Shown here: positions 19,300 through 29,938 of the stretch, in pieces | Numbering within the stretch: the stretch's first letter is position 1 | Layout: every line of letters begins with the position of its first letter | Source: Promethearchaeia archaeon | GTDB lineage: Archaea; Asgardarchaeota; Lokiarchaeia; Sigyniarchaeales; SOKP01 | Length of the DNA: 64,000 nt | Assembly: GCA_029856145.1 (NCBI GenBank) | Contig: JAHQWK010000001.1 | Location: 320,001-384,000 of the forward strand | Direction of reading: 5' to 3' | Translations under genes and position numbers: made by a program | The notes under the pieces: generated by a model | Database searches by the model: none | Told to the model about the DNA's origin: nothing | What the model saw: only the letters and a program-made list of their open reading frames with translations

Positions 19300-20115
19300 A
19301 TGCGAATAGAAGATTTTGAAGATACTATTTATAAAAAGGAAGATAATGGTATATATACTGCTACAATTTCAAGACCTGAAGCAAGAAACGCCGTAACTTA
19401 TATAAGTTTCTTGGAATTATATACTGTTTTAGAGGATATGGAACAAGATAGAAATGCTAAGGTGCTCATCCTCACAGGAGATCCTAAGGGAAATGCTTTT
19501 ACATCTGGAGGTTATTTTAAACCAGAAATGATGGAACAAATGAAAAAATATCCAGAAATTGACCTTATGGATATCGCTCAAAAAAAAGTATGTATGAAAT
19601 TTTGGAATTTCAGTAAACCTGTCATAGCCGCTATTAATGGAATGGCTATAGGAGGTGGAATTACTATGCCCCTAGCTTGTGCTGATTTAATATATATGGC
19701 AGAAGATGCTTGGTTAGGATTTTTCTTCTCAAAACGGGGAATTATTCCGGAATTTGCTTGTTCATTTCTTTTACCATTACTAATTGGTTTTCAAAAAGCA
19801 AAAGAAATTTTGTATTTTGGTAAAAAAGTAACTGCGCAGAAAGCATATGAACTTGGGCTTATAAATAAAGTTCTACCAATAGAAGATTTAATTCCATATG
19901 CTAGAAAACAAGCATTAAAATTAATCCCACCAAAAGGTCCAAGTTTATCATTAAAATTGATGAAAAAAACTATGCATTCGTATTTTAAAGATATATTAGA
20001 TAGAACCTTAGATTTAGAAAATAGGGGATTAAGAAAAGCTCTTACTTCTAAAGATTTTAATGAATCGATGAAAGCTATTAAAGAAAAAAGAGATCCTGTG
20101 TTTATTGGACGTTAA
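19300..20115 (+). CDS. Crotonase-family protein, probable delta3,delta2-enoyl-CoA isomerase type
   Basis: AFTSGG, KPVIAAING.AIGGG, F..RGIIPE; lacks both hydratase glutamates. Confidence 0.85.
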   Translation: MRIEDFEDTIYKKEDNGIYTATISRPEARNAVTYISFLELYTVLEDMEQDRNAKVLILTGDPKGNAFTSGGYFKPEMMEQMKKYPEIDLMDIAQKKVCMKFWNFSKPVIAAINGMAIGGGITMPLACADLIYMAEDAWLGFFFSKRGIIPEFACSFLLPLLIGFQKAKEILYFGKKVTAQKAYELGLINKVLPIEDLIPYARKQALKLIPPKGPSLSLKLMKKTMHSYFKDILDRTLDLENRGLRKALTSKDFNESMKAIKEKRDPVFIGR

Positions 20116-20260
20116 TTAAATTTTTCAATGAACTCCATAGATTTAAAATTTTCATTTATCCAAATACAAATATTTATTTTCTTTTCTCTTATTTGCTAAA
20201 AATGGAATTTTGTAAATTAAAATCTATACTTTTAAAAGTTATCTAATAGAATTATTTTTT

Positions 20261-21814
20261 ATGAATGATAGTATTTATGATGAAAGTAGGGTAATAGACA
20301 CTTATCCTGTCATTGTTATTGGAGCGGGACTCGGAGGTCTTGGTGCTGCATGTCAACTTGCCGCAGTAGGAAAAAAAGTATTACTACTCGAAAAACATAA
20401 CGTTCCTGGCGGTTTTGCTTCTTCATTTGTAAGAGGTAGATTTGAATTTGATAGCGCTTTACATGAATTGAGTGATATTGGGACAGAAGACAATAAGGGT
20501 AGCTTATATCGATTTTTAGAAAGAATTGGGGCGATTCCTGATAAAATCCAATTCAAGCAAATTCCAGAATTTTATAGAAGTGTATTTTTGGATGGATATG
20601 ATGTTACGATACCTCTTGGTTTAGAGAAATATACTGAGAAATTAATTGAATTATTTCCTTCGGAGAAAAAGGGAATTGAAGAATTTATAGATATGTGCCA
20701 AAAAGTATTAGAAGGAATTGAATTTATGGTAAAAAGAAGGGGTCAATATTCACCTGCAGAAATCCTTAAAGAACATCCATGGCTTATAAGAGTTTCTGGT
20801 ATTACATTATCAGAACTTTTTAAGAAATTCTTTACTAATAAGCGATTGATTTCAGTAATAGCACATTTATGGGGATATCTCGGGGTACCTCCTTCTAGGG
20901 TAAATGCATATGCCTATATAGCAATGATAATTACATTTTTAAAATGGGGTGCCGCTTATCCAGTTGGGCGATCGCATGCATTAACAACGGCCATGGTTAA
21001 AACCCTTGAAGAATTAGGTAGTGATATAAGATATAATGCCTTAGTAAATAGAATAATTGTTGAAGAAGGGAGAGTTAATGGTGTTGAACTTCTTAACGGC
21101 GAGATTTATCAATGTAAGACTGTAATTTCAAACGTCAATCCAATATGTACGAATATGAAAATGCTTCCTAAAGATATTGTTCCAGATAGTTATAAAAAAC
21201 AAATATATGCTCCTGAGATAGGACCATCAGCATTTTCAGTGTATTTAGGTCTAAATGCTTCGTATAAAGAATTAGGATTGCATGCTCATGAGATGACTAT
21301 AAGTGAAACAGATGATATGGATAAAGCATATGAAACATTTGCAAAAATAGAAACACCAAAATATATGGTAGCTGGTTGTTATAATCATATATATGAAGAT
21401 ATATCTCCTCCGGGAACGACACAACTTTGTGTTACAACATTACAAATGGGCAAATTATGGCAAACAATTTCACCTGATCAATATTTTAAAATTAAAGATT
21501 ATCTTACTGATAAAGTAATTGAGTTAATTGAAAAGACAATTTGCCCAAATATTCGTGATCATATAGAAATAGTAGAGGCCGCAACACCTTTAACTTATTA
21601 TCGATATTCAAAAAATTTAGAAGGAGCAATATATGGTTATACCCAAGATCTATTAGATGGCCCCAATCTTAGATTAAAAAGTCGAGGATCGATTCCAGGA
21701 TTATATCAGTGTGGAGCTTGGACAAATATAGGTGGTGGATTTTCAGCGAGTATCCTTAGTGGTAGAATTGCTGCAGGAATGTATTTAAGAGATCTTAAAG
21801 AAGGGAGGTGGTAG
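20261..21814 (+). CDS. CrtI/phytoene desaturase-like FAD oxidoreductase (COG1233; retinol saturase/prolycopene isomerase-like)
   Basis: VIGAGLGG dinucleotide fold, LLEKHNVPGG, RGRFEFD, ATPLT..RY....GAIYG, GLYQCG.W..GGG. Confidence 0.85.
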   Translation: MNDSIYDESRVIDTYPVIVIGAGLGGLGAACQLAAVGKKVLLLEKHNVPGGFASSFVRGRFEFDSALHELSDIGTEDNKGSLYRFLERIGAIPDKIQFKQIPEFYRSVFLDGYDVTIPLGLEKYTEKLIELFPSEKKGIEEFIDMCQKVLEGIEFMVKRRGQYSPAEILKEHPWLIRVSGITLSELFKKFFTNKRLISVIAHLWGYLGVPPSRVNAYAYIAMIITFLKWGAAYPVGRSHALTTAMVKTLEELGSDIRYNALVNRIIVEEGRVNGVELLNGEIYQCKTVISNVNPICTNMKMLPKDIVPDSYKKQIYAPEIGPSAFSVYLGLNASYKELGLHAHEMTISETDDMDKAYETFAKIETPKYMVAGCYNHIYEDISPPGTTQLCVTTLQMGKLWQTISPDQYFKIKDYLTDKVIELIEKTICPNIRDHIEIVEAATPLTYYRYSKNLEGAIYGYTQDLLDGPNLRLKSRGSIPGLYQCGAWTNIGGGFSASILSGRIAAGMYLRDLKEGRW

Positions 21815-21816
21815 AA

Positions 21817-23013
21817 ATGGAAAAAGAGATAATGAGTGATGTTAAAAAATATCAAAAGCTTGAAAAGCTGAAAAAATGGCGAGATGAGGTTCAACCAATA
21901 CCCTGGTACTTTGATGGATTAGAAAATCTTTGTGATCGAATTCATCCAGAAAAGCAGTTTCTTCAAGTTACAGATATAAAAGAACTATCTAAGGATACTA
22001 AATTATTTCGCTTCACCTCAGCAAAATTTAATAAGCCTTTAGCACCATTTCGAGCAGGTCAATATATCGGACTTATAGTTGATATTAATGGTGTTAGAAC
22101 ATCCCGACCCTTTTCACTTGTGTCATCTCCAAACCAACTTGCATATTATGAATTAGGAGTAAAAAGAAAAGAAATTGGTTTTGTTAGTATTTATCTTCTT
22201 GATAAATTAAAAGTTGGAGATATCTTAGAAGCAACTGAACCATTAGGAGATTTATATTACAATCGAGTATTTCATGGAAAAGATTTAGTTTTTATTGCAG
22301 GGGGTTCTGGGATTACTCCATTTATTTCAATGTTGAGAGATATCACTGAGCAAAACCTGAAATTAAATGTTTGGTTGTTTTTTGGGTGTTTAACTGAAGA
22401 TGATATCTTATTTAGAGAAGAACTTGAAGATATACAAAGACGACGTCCTAATATCAAAATTCATTATATACTTTCAGAACCAGGATTAGGTTGGGATGGT
22501 GCCTGTGGATTTATTACAAAAGAGAAGATCTTAGATGAGATAAAATCAACTGAAAAAAAATTCTTCTATATAGTTGGAAATAGGGCAATGTATTCCTTTA
22601 TACAAGAGCAATTAGAAGAGTTAAACATTTCTAAGTCTCGGATTATTTTTGAATTATTTGGAGTTCCTGATGATGTTACTGAAATAATAGGTTGGCCAAA
22701 AGATATAACAGCTTCAAAAAAGGTAAAGATCACCCTAGATCTTATACAACAAGGAAAAAAGGTCCAAGAAACTATAGAAGCTCCATGTGTTGAGCCATTG
22801 TTAAATAGCCTTGAAAAAGAAATGAATTTAGGAATAATAATCAATAGTGGATGTCGCTCAGGAGCTTGTGCTTTGTGCAGAACTAAACTAAAATCAGGTA
22901 AAATTTTTATGCTTCCAGAAGTAAAAATGAGAGAAATAGACCACGAATTTGGCTTTATTCATCCCTGCGTATCATATCCTTTAACAGATATTGAAATCGA
23001 AATCTTAAATTGA
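21817..23013 (+). CDS. FAD/NAD(P)H ferredoxin-reductase domain fused to a C-terminal [2Fe-2S] ferredoxin (PaaE/KshB-like reductase)
   Basis: FRAGQY, RPFSLVS, AGGSGITP, CRSGACALC...C. The ATG at 21817 follows GGAGGTGG and lies 2 nt after the upstream stop. Confidence 0.88.
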   Translation: MEKEIMSDVKKYQKLEKLKKWRDEVQPIPWYFDGLENLCDRIHPEKQFLQVTDIKELSKDTKLFRFTSAKFNKPLAPFRAGQYIGLIVDINGVRTSRPFSLVSSPNQLAYYELGVKRKEIGFVSIYLLDKLKVGDILEATEPLGDLYYNRVFHGKDLVFIAGGSGITPFISMLRDITEQNLKLNVWLFFGCLTEDDILFREELEDIQRRRPNIKIHYILSEPGLGWDGACGFITKEKILDEIKSTEKKFFYIVGNRAMYSFIQEQLEELNISKSRIIFELFGVPDDVTEIIGWPKDITASKKVKITLDLIQQGKKVQETIEAPCVEPLLNSLEKEMNLGIIINSGCRSGACALCRTKLKSGKIFMLPEVKMREIDHEFGFIHPCVSYPLTDIEIEILN

Positions 23014-23028
23014 AATTGAAATCTTAAA
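22991..23028. repeat. 19-bp imperfect tandem duplication spanning the reductase stop codon
   Basis: ttgaaatcgaaatcttaaa / ttgaaattgaaatcttaaa (1 mismatch). Confidence 0.75.
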
Positions 23029-23107
23029 TTCCTTTTTAACAAATTATATATTTAGAAATATAATTTGAATAAAATAAATTTAAATTGTAAAAAATAAAGT
23101 GAAAAAA

Positions 23108-23509
23108 ATGAGAATTTTAACAGAAGAATGGGTTGAAGCATTTGGTAAAGCTATTAATGAAAATCCAAACTATAAACCATCAGCATTAACATGGGAAGGG
23201 GATATGCTTCTTCTTATTGAACCTAGTGGTAATTTAGATCACGAAGTTAGAGTATTTATCGGATTACATCATGGAGAATGTACGGGAACTAAATTGGTAC
23301 CAGAAGGTGAAGAAATAGAGACAGAATACATCATGGCTGGGCCTTATGATAATTTTGTAGCAGTTACGAAGAAAGAAATTGATCCAATAAGGGCTATAAT
23401 GGCGGGTAAATTAAGGCTTGAAGGGGACATGGCAAAATTAATGCGTCATACTAAGGCAGCTCTAGAAATTGTGAACAGTCTTGGACGCTTTGAATTTGAT
23501 TTTTTATAA
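23108..23509 (+). CDS. SCP2 sterol-carrier domain protein
   Basis: EEWVEAF..AINENPNY...TWEG, LHHGEC, IDPIRAIMAGKLRLEGDMAKLMR; ATG at 23108 preferred to GTG at 23099. Confidence 0.88.
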   Translation: MRILTEEWVEAFGKAINENPNYKPSALTWEGDMLLLIEPSGNLDHEVRVFIGLHHGECTGTKLVPEGEEIETEYIMAGPYDNFVAVTKKEIDPIRAIMAGKLRLEGDMAKLMRHTKAALEIVNSLGRFEFDFL

Positions 23510-23625
23510 AAAAATTCTAATTTGATTTTTTTTATTAGAATGGTTTTTTCAAAGAAAGTTAAGTATTATTAATAGTCTAAGGAATTTACTCAAAATAATT
23601 ATACTAATTTTATAGGAGAAAAAAT

Positions 23626-24825
23626 ATGTGGTATTTCTATAGTCCAAATATAATTTATGGAGAAGATAGCTTAGATTTTATAGAAAATATTAAGGGAAAT
23701 AAATGTTATATAGTCACTGATAAAAATATTGAAGAACTAGGTTATCTTAAAATATTAACGGATAAACTAGAAAAATTTGGTAAGAATTTTCAAGTTTTTA
23801 ATGAGGTTATTCCAGATCCTAGAGAAGATGGTGTATTAAAGGCGAGAGAACAGTGTAAAGGGTATACTCCCGATATAATTATTGCATTGGGTGGAGGATC
23901 TGTAATAGATACTGCGAAAACAGCCTGGGTTCTTTATGAATTTCCAGAATTAAACATTGGTGATATTCATCTATTTAGATCTGATTTGTATGAGACAGGT
24001 AAAAAGGCTAAATTTGTAGCAATACCAACAACTTCGGGAACTGGTTCAGAAGCATCAAATGGAACTATTGTCTCTAAGTTTGAAGATGAGATATGGAAAA
24101 AATTTATATATGCTCATCGGGGAATAACTCCTACGTATGCTATAGTGGATCCTATATTTCCAAAAGGGATGCCTCCAAACTTAACAGTTGATACTGCTTT
24201 TGATGCATTATCACATGCTATCGAAGGTATGGTTTCTAATTGGAAGAATGAATTTTCCAATGGAATGGGTTTAAAAGCTATAGAACTAATTTTTCAATAT
24301 TTACCAATTGCTTATAAAAATGGAAAAGATATAGAAGCTAGGGATTATCTGCATCAGGCAGCAACAATGGCTGGTTTAGCATTTAGTAATTCTCAAGTTC
24401 ATATTGGCCATGGTATGGGTCATAGTTGGGGTGCTGTTTTCCATACACCCCATGGAAGAGTAGTTGGAATTTTACTTCCATACATCTCACAATTTTGCTT
24501 AAATAATCCTGATAAAGATGATGATACTTTAGAAATTTATGCTAAAATTGCTAAACAACTAGGATGGGCAAAATGGGACGATGATGCTAAAAAAGCAGCA
24601 TTTGATGCTATTGATAAAATCAAAGAACTTCAAAAGGTAGTAGGCTTTCCTTCTAAATTACAGGATTTAGGCGTTTCAAAAAAAGAGTTAGAGGAAAATA
24701 TGGATATATTAGTTGCTTGTTGTTTTCAGGATGCTACTAGTGTAATGACCCCAAGATCAATTACAGATGAATATTACAGAAAATTATTTTATTATGCATA
24801 TGAAGGTAAAGATATCGATTTCTAA
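23626..24825 (+). CDS. Iron-containing alcohol dehydrogenase
   Basis: ALGGGSVID, IPTTSGTGSE, DALSHAIE, HGMGH, PHG metal ligands. Confidence 0.93.
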   Translation: MWYFYSPNIIYGEDSLDFIENIKGNKCYIVTDKNIEELGYLKILTDKLEKFGKNFQVFNEVIPDPREDGVLKAREQCKGYTPDIIIALGGGSVIDTAKTAWVLYEFPELNIGDIHLFRSDLYETGKKAKFVAIPTTSGTGSEASNGTIVSKFEDEIWKKFIYAHRGITPTYAIVDPIFPKGMPPNLTVDTAFDALSHAIEGMVSNWKNEFSNGMGLKAIELIFQYLPIAYKNGKDIEARDYLHQAATMAGLAFSNSQVHIGHGMGHSWGAVFHTPHGRVVGILLPYISQFCLNNPDKDDDTLEIYAKIAKQLGWAKWDDDAKKAAFDAIDKIKELQKVVGFPSKLQDLGVSKKELEENMDILVACCFQDATSVMTPRSITDEYYRKLFYYAYEGKDIDF

Positions 24826-24862
24826 AACCAAAAATGAAATTTAAAAAAAAGGGATTTTAATT

Positions 24863-26710
24863 ATGGGTACTTTAAAAGGATTTGTAGGCAAAATTCTAAC
24901 AGTAAATCTTAGTAACAGTGAAATTTCCGAAGAATTACTTAATGAAGAACTCGCAAAAGACTTTCTTGGAGGTGCTGGATATTGTTGTAGGTATCTCTAT
25001 GATTATATCGATAAGGATACCGATCCATTATCTCCAGATAATATTCTAATGTTTATGACTGGCCCGTTCTGCGGTTCTACTATTCCAACAAGCGGTAGAT
25101 TTGTTGTATGTGCGAAATCACCATATACAGGAATTTGGGGCGAGTCTAATTGTGGAGGATATTTTGGCCCAGAGCTTAAGAAAGCAGGGTATGATGGGAT
25201 CATTATAAAAGGGGCTTCAGAAAATCCTGTCTATCTTGATATTAAAGAAAATAGTGTTGAAATTAAAGATGCATCATTTTTAAGGGGAAAAGGGATATTA
25301 GAAACTTCAAAAATTTTAAAGGAACAATCGGGCTCATCATTAACAAGAGTAGCTTGTATAGGTCAAGCAGGCGAAAATTTAGTTAAATATGCTATAATTG
25401 CTTCTGAAGAAAAAGCAGCAGGAAGAACAGGAATGGGCGCTGTAATGGGATCAAAGAAATTAAAAGCGATAACTGTACGAGGGAAAAAAAGACAATTTGA
25501 AGTGGTAGACTCAGAAAACTTTAAAAAATCAGTTCAGAGAGCTTTAAATGATGTAAATAAAGCTTTTACCTCTAGAATGTATGGTGATATTGGTACATCT
25601 GCAGGGATTGACTTATGGAACATGACCGGTGAATTACCAAAAAAATATTGGACTCTTGGTGAAGAATGGGAAGGTGCCTATAATATCTCTGGAATGACCG
25701 CTTTAGAGAAAACTATTACACGTAAATACCCATGTTTTTCTTGCCCAATTGGTTGTGCCAAAAAAGCAATTGTAAGAGAAGGAGAATATAAAACTGAAGG
25801 TGAAGTAGAAGCTCCAGAAGTCGAAGCACTTGAGGGTTTTGGTTCAATGATTTTAAATGATAATCTTGAATCAATCGTAAGAGCAAATGTCTTATGTAAT
25901 GATTATGGAATTGATACTATAAGTAGTAGCAGTGTAATTGCATTTTTATACTATTTGTATAACAATGATAGAATTAATTCTAAAAATCTTGATGGTCTCA
26001 ATCCTAAATGGGGAGATATTAAACCTGCTTTAGAATTCATCAAAAAAATCTCATTAAGAGAAGGAATAGGTGATTTGTTAGCTGAAGGATCGGATGCTGT
26101 GGGAAAAGAATTTAATATCCCTCAAGATGAAATAGCAACTGTTTATGGAATGGAAGTTCCATATCATGATTTACGGGCTAATTTTGGAATGACAATAGCA
26201 TATGCAATCGCTGCTCCTAGAGGGCCTTGCCATAATTCTTGTGATATGTATACAATTTCATTAGGTATTCCACTAGACCAATTTGGAATAAAAACTGTAG
26301 AAAGACACAAGGATGATTCAGAAATGGCTATAATGTGTGCGAGATTGCAAGATTATCGGGCTCTCTATAGTTCTCTACTTATGTGTAATTTTGCAAATCC
26401 TTTACCATCAATAATTACCGAATTAATTCAAACATGTTTAGGGTTAAATTGTGATATAGAAAAGCTCAAAATTATTGGTGAAAGAATCTTCATGATAAAA
26501 CGACTATTTAATCTAAAAATGGGTATTACTCCGCAAGATGATAAATTACCTAAAATATTGCTTAAACCATTAGAAGGAACTGAGAGCGCTGGCAAATCAC
26601 CTAACTTTCAGCATTTAAAAAAGGAATATTATAAATATAGACAATGGGATCTTGAAACTGGAAATCTCAATCAAGAAATATTAAATAGATTGGGTTTAGG
26701 AAACCTTTAA
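24863..26710 (+). CDS. aor: Tungsten/molybdenum aldehyde:ferredoxin oxidoreductase
   Basis: KSPYTG.WGESNCGG, AAGRTGMGAVMGSKKLKA, CFSCPIGC, GIDTIS, RGPCH, DDKLP. Confidence 0.93.
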   Translation: MGTLKGFVGKILTVNLSNSEISEELLNEELAKDFLGGAGYCCRYLYDYIDKDTDPLSPDNILMFMTGPFCGSTIPTSGRFVVCAKSPYTGIWGESNCGGYFGPELKKAGYDGIIIKGASENPVYLDIKENSVEIKDASFLRGKGILETSKILKEQSGSSLTRVACIGQAGENLVKYAIIASEEKAAGRTGMGAVMGSKKLKAITVRGKKRQFEVVDSENFKKSVQRALNDVNKAFTSRMYGDIGTSAGIDLWNMTGELPKKYWTLGEEWEGAYNISGMTALEKTITRKYPCFSCPIGCAKKAIVREGEYKTEGEVEAPEVEALEGFGSMILNDNLESIVRANVLCNDYGIDTISSSSVIAFLYYLYNNDRINSKNLDGLNPKWGDIKPALEFIKKISLREGIGDLLAEGSDAVGKEFNIPQDEIATVYGMEVPYHDLRANFGMTIAYAIAAPRGPCHNSCDMYTISLGIPLDQFGIKTVERHKDDSEMAIMCARLQDYRALYSSLLMCNFANPLPSIITELIQTCLGLNCDIEKLKIIGERIFMIKRLFNLKMGITPQDDKLPKILLKPLEGTESAGKSPNFQHLKKEYYKYRQWDLETGNLNQEILNRLGLGNL

Positions 26711-26736
26711 AAAATAATAAAAATATAAAAAAATAT

Positions 26737-27561
26737 TTATTTCCATCGCCATTTAGGCTTTGTTTTTTGTAAACGGGCAAGTGCTCCTGCTGTAGCATCT
26801 TTAGTTTGAAGTAATTGTGAACTTACAAGTGTTTCTAATTCTAACCCAAAAGCGGTATCCTTACCGTAACAATCATCTATTAACTTTTTTGCAAGTCCCA
26901 CTGCTAAAGGTCCACTGGTCATAAGTTCATCAGTATACATTTTAATAATTGAATCTAATTCTTCATGAGATTTTGCAACCCGGTTCACCACACCTAATCT
27001 ATAAGCTTCAGTTCCATCAAGCTTACGTCCAGTTAAAATGATATCTTTTGTATTTTGGATGCCCACAAGCCTTGTTAACCTAATTGTACCACCAACGTCT
27101 GGGTTCATAGAAATCTTGCTTTCCAACATATGGAATTCTGCTGAATCTGTACAAAATCGAAAATCACAGGCTAATGCTAATTCAAATGCCATTCCATAAC
27201 AATAACCATTTATTTTAGCAATCACAGGTTTCTCCATCTTTTCAATTTTTGTGAATATAGGATGGATCCAAGTATTTGCAAAATATCTAAAATTCCGTGG
27301 GATTCGCAAATCAGGAATGACTCCTTCAGGATCTTTTTCTTGACCGGTTAAAAAGTTTAAATCTATACCTGAACTAAAAAAATCATCTCCTCCAGTAATA
27401 ATAACAACTCTTGCATTAGTTCGTTCAACTTTATCTATAGCTTTCTGAAGACCAACCATTAAATCATAATTCATTGCATTCTTTTTATCTAAACGATTCA
27501 TTTTTATAGTTGTAATTGTTTTATCTTCGTTTTCTTCTATTAATACAGCGTTTTCAGACAT
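26737..27561 (-). CDS. Crotonase-family enoyl-CoA hydratase / dienoyl-CoA isomerase-like protein
   Basis: FSSGIDL, KPVIAKING.CYG.AFELALACD, ESKISMNPDVGG. Confidence 0.87.
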   Translation of the reverse strand: MSENAVLIEENEDKTITTIKMNRLDKKNAMNYDLMVGLQKAIDKVERTNARVVIITGGDDFFSSGIDLNFLTGQEKDPEGVIPDLRIPRNFRYFANTWIHPIFTKIEKMEKPVIAKINGYCYGMAFELALACDFRFCTDSAEFHMLESKISMNPDVGGTIRLTRLVGIQNTKDIILTGRKLDGTEAYRLGVVNRVAKSHEELDSIIKMYTDELMTSGPLAVGLAKKLIDDCYGKDTAFGLELETLVSSQLLQTKDATAGALARLQKTKPKWRWK

Positions 27562-27794
27562 TTTTTTTCACTTATTAAATTTAATTTTTGTATATTATAA
27601 TTTTATTAGGATAAAAAAATTATTTCTTTCCTAGATTTAAACTGAAGCTAATAATTTCATTTATTTTGTAATTTAAATTGCTGTCCTTTTTACTAAAACG
27701 TATAATAAGTAGCTTCCTTTTTTTTAGTCTAATTAGATTTTAATAAATTACCATGTTATTCTTATTAATAACAAAACTATGTTGAGGATTTGAA

Positions 27795-29807
27795 TTGAAG
27801 TTCTTTAAATTGTTTACACCTTTTAAAATTAGAAATATGACGGTCTCCAACCGCATTATTATGCCTGCTTTAAATCTTAATCTTGCCGATAAAGGCTTTA
27901 TAACTAAAAGACTAATTGATTTTTATGTTGAAAGGGCAATGGGTGGTGCTGGTATGTTAATTGTTGGAGGTTGCGCTATAGATCTCTATGCTAGTGGATT
28001 TCCACTCATGATCTCTATTGAAAGCGATGAATATTTACCGAAATTAACGGAGTTTACTGAGGCTATACATAAAGCACGTGATGATGTGAAAGTTGTTTGT
28101 CAATTATACCATAGTGGAGCTTATACATACCCTATCTTTATTGGTAAGCCATCTATCGCACCTTCAGCTGTTTATAGTAAATTCAGTAAAACTACTCCGA
28201 GAGAAATGACTCTTGAAGATATTAAAAGAGAGCAACAAGCTTTTGCTGATGCTACTTTTCGAGCAAAAAAAGCAGGATTTGATGCAGTAGAAATATGTGC
28301 TAATGCGGGTTATTTGTTTTCTCAATTTACATCTCCGAAAACAAATATTCGGACTGATGAATATGGTGGGGATCTTGAGAATCGCTTAAGATTTCCTATT
28401 GAAACTCTTGAATTGATGAGATCAAGTGTAGATGATTTTCCCATTGGATACCGAATTTCTGGGGACGATTTTGTTCCAGAAAGTAATACATATAAAGAAA
28501 AAGCCATTATTGCTGAAAAGTTAAGTAAATATTTAGATTATCTCAATGTTACTGGGGGTTGGCATGAAACTAAAATCCCCCAAACAACCATGGATGTTCC
28601 TGAAGGGAATTATACATATTTAGCTGAAAATATTAAGAATCATGTATCAATTCCGGTCTTTGCTTCTAATAGGATTAATACTCCTAAATTAGCCGAACAA
28701 ATATTAATGGCTGGAAAAGCAGATGCCATTTGTATGGGGAGATCATTAGTAGCTGATCCTTATTTGCCATCAAAAGCAAGAAAAGGCGATTTTCGAGACA
28801 TAATGGCATGCATTGGTTGCAATCAAGGATGTTTTGATGCTATTTTTAAAATGGTACCTGTATCTTGTTTAAGAAACGCTAGGGCTGCAAATGAAGCTAA
28901 AACAGAATTAAAACCTCTTAAAGAGAAAAAGAAAATAATGGTCATCGGTGCTGGTCCTGGAGGATTAGAAGCTGCCAGAGTTGCTGGAATGAGAGGCCAT
29001 GAAGTTCATATTTTTGAAAAAGATGATAAAATAGGAGGATTATTAAATATAATTTGGATACCTCCTGGAAGAAATGAGTTCAAGAGAATAATTGATAACT
29101 ATTCATATTGGATTCAAAAATATGGAATCCAACTACATCTCGACCAGGAAGTTACGATTGATACAGTTAAAAAATTTAATCCCGATATAGTTTTTATAGC
29201 AACTGGTTCAAAACCAATAATCCCATCTATTCCCGGAATAGAGAGAGATAATGTTTATTGGGCTAATGATGTATTTAGTATGGATGCTCCCGTTGGTAAA
29301 AATGACGTCATCATCGGTGGAGGTGCAACAGGTATCGAATTAGCTATATATATAGCTAAATATGGGGCTTTAAATCTTGAGGCGTTTGATTTTCTTACAT
29401 TATATAAAGCTTTAGAACCTGAAGTTGCATTGAAAATGTTACATCGTGGAAGAAATGCAGTAACTGTTTTGGAGCAACTACCGAAGTTGGGTTCAGCTCT
29501 AGGAAAAACAACTAAATGGGTACTTCTTGATAAATGTGATGCATTAGGAGTCAAATTTCATACTAGTGTCATAGTGAAAGAAATTGGAGAGAATTATGTA
29601 AGCTATCTTGATGCAAAAGATAAAGAGCAAATTATTAATAATGTAGATATGGTGTATTATGCTACTGGTGTAGAATCGAATAATCTTCTTTATAAGGAAA
29701 TAAAACAGCTTGAAAGTATTAAAGTAGAGAAGATTGGAGATGCAAGAAGACCAGAAACAGTTCTAGAAGCAGTTCATAGAGCTTACAAATTAGCAAATAG
29801 AATATAG
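27795..29807 (+). CDS. fadH: 2,4-dienoyl-CoA reductase (OYE TIM barrel + [4Fe-4S] + FAD/NADPH domains)
   Basis: NRIIMPAL, N.RTDEYGG, TGGWHE, NRIN, CIGCNQGC...C, VIGAGPGG, GKTTKW. Confidence 0.88.
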   Translation: MKFFKLFTPFKIRNMTVSNRIIMPALNLNLADKGFITKRLIDFYVERAMGGAGMLIVGGCAIDLYASGFPLMISIESDEYLPKLTEFTEAIHKARDDVKVVCQLYHSGAYTYPIFIGKPSIAPSAVYSKFSKTTPREMTLEDIKREQQAFADATFRAKKAGFDAVEICANAGYLFSQFTSPKTNIRTDEYGGDLENRLRFPIETLELMRSSVDDFPIGYRISGDDFVPESNTYKEKAIIAEKLSKYLDYLNVTGGWHETKIPQTTMDVPEGNYTYLAENIKNHVSIPVFASNRINTPKLAEQILMAGKADAICMGRSLVADPYLPSKARKGDFRDIMACIGCNQGCFDAIFKMVPVSCLRNARAANEAKTELKPLKEKKKIMVIGAGPGGLEAARVAGMRGHEVHIFEKDDKIGGLLNIIWIPPGRNEFKRIIDNYSYWIQKYGIQLHLDQEVTIDTVKKFNPDIVFIATGSKPIIPSIPGIERDNVYWANDVFSMDAPVGKNDVIIGGGATGIELAIYIAKYGALNLEAFDFLTLYKALEPEVALKMLHRGRNAVTVLEQLPKLGSALGKTTKWVLLDKCDALGVKFHTSVIVKEIGENYVSYLDAKDKEQIINNVDMVYYATGVESNNLLYKEIKQLESIKVEKIGDARRPETVLEAVHRAYKLANRI

Positions 29808-29938
29808 AATAATCCGATTTCTCTTCTTAATAGATTTTAAATATAAAATTATAAAAAAATATAAGTTAAAAATTTTTAATAATCTAAATTCTTTTTATTA
29901 TATTTTCTTCAAATAAAACTTCAATCTGTAATTCTCTA

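Noticed and set aside
20261-21814. Carotenoid biosynthesis gene crtI
   Set aside because: No phytoene synthase or cyclase is nearby, and the context is catabolic with a coupled reductase.
22991-23028. TGA at 23011 as a possible selenocysteine or readthrough codon
   Set aside because: It is explained by a 19-bp tandem duplication at the natural end of the ferredoxin domain; it is not at a Cys position and no SECIS-like hairpin is evident.
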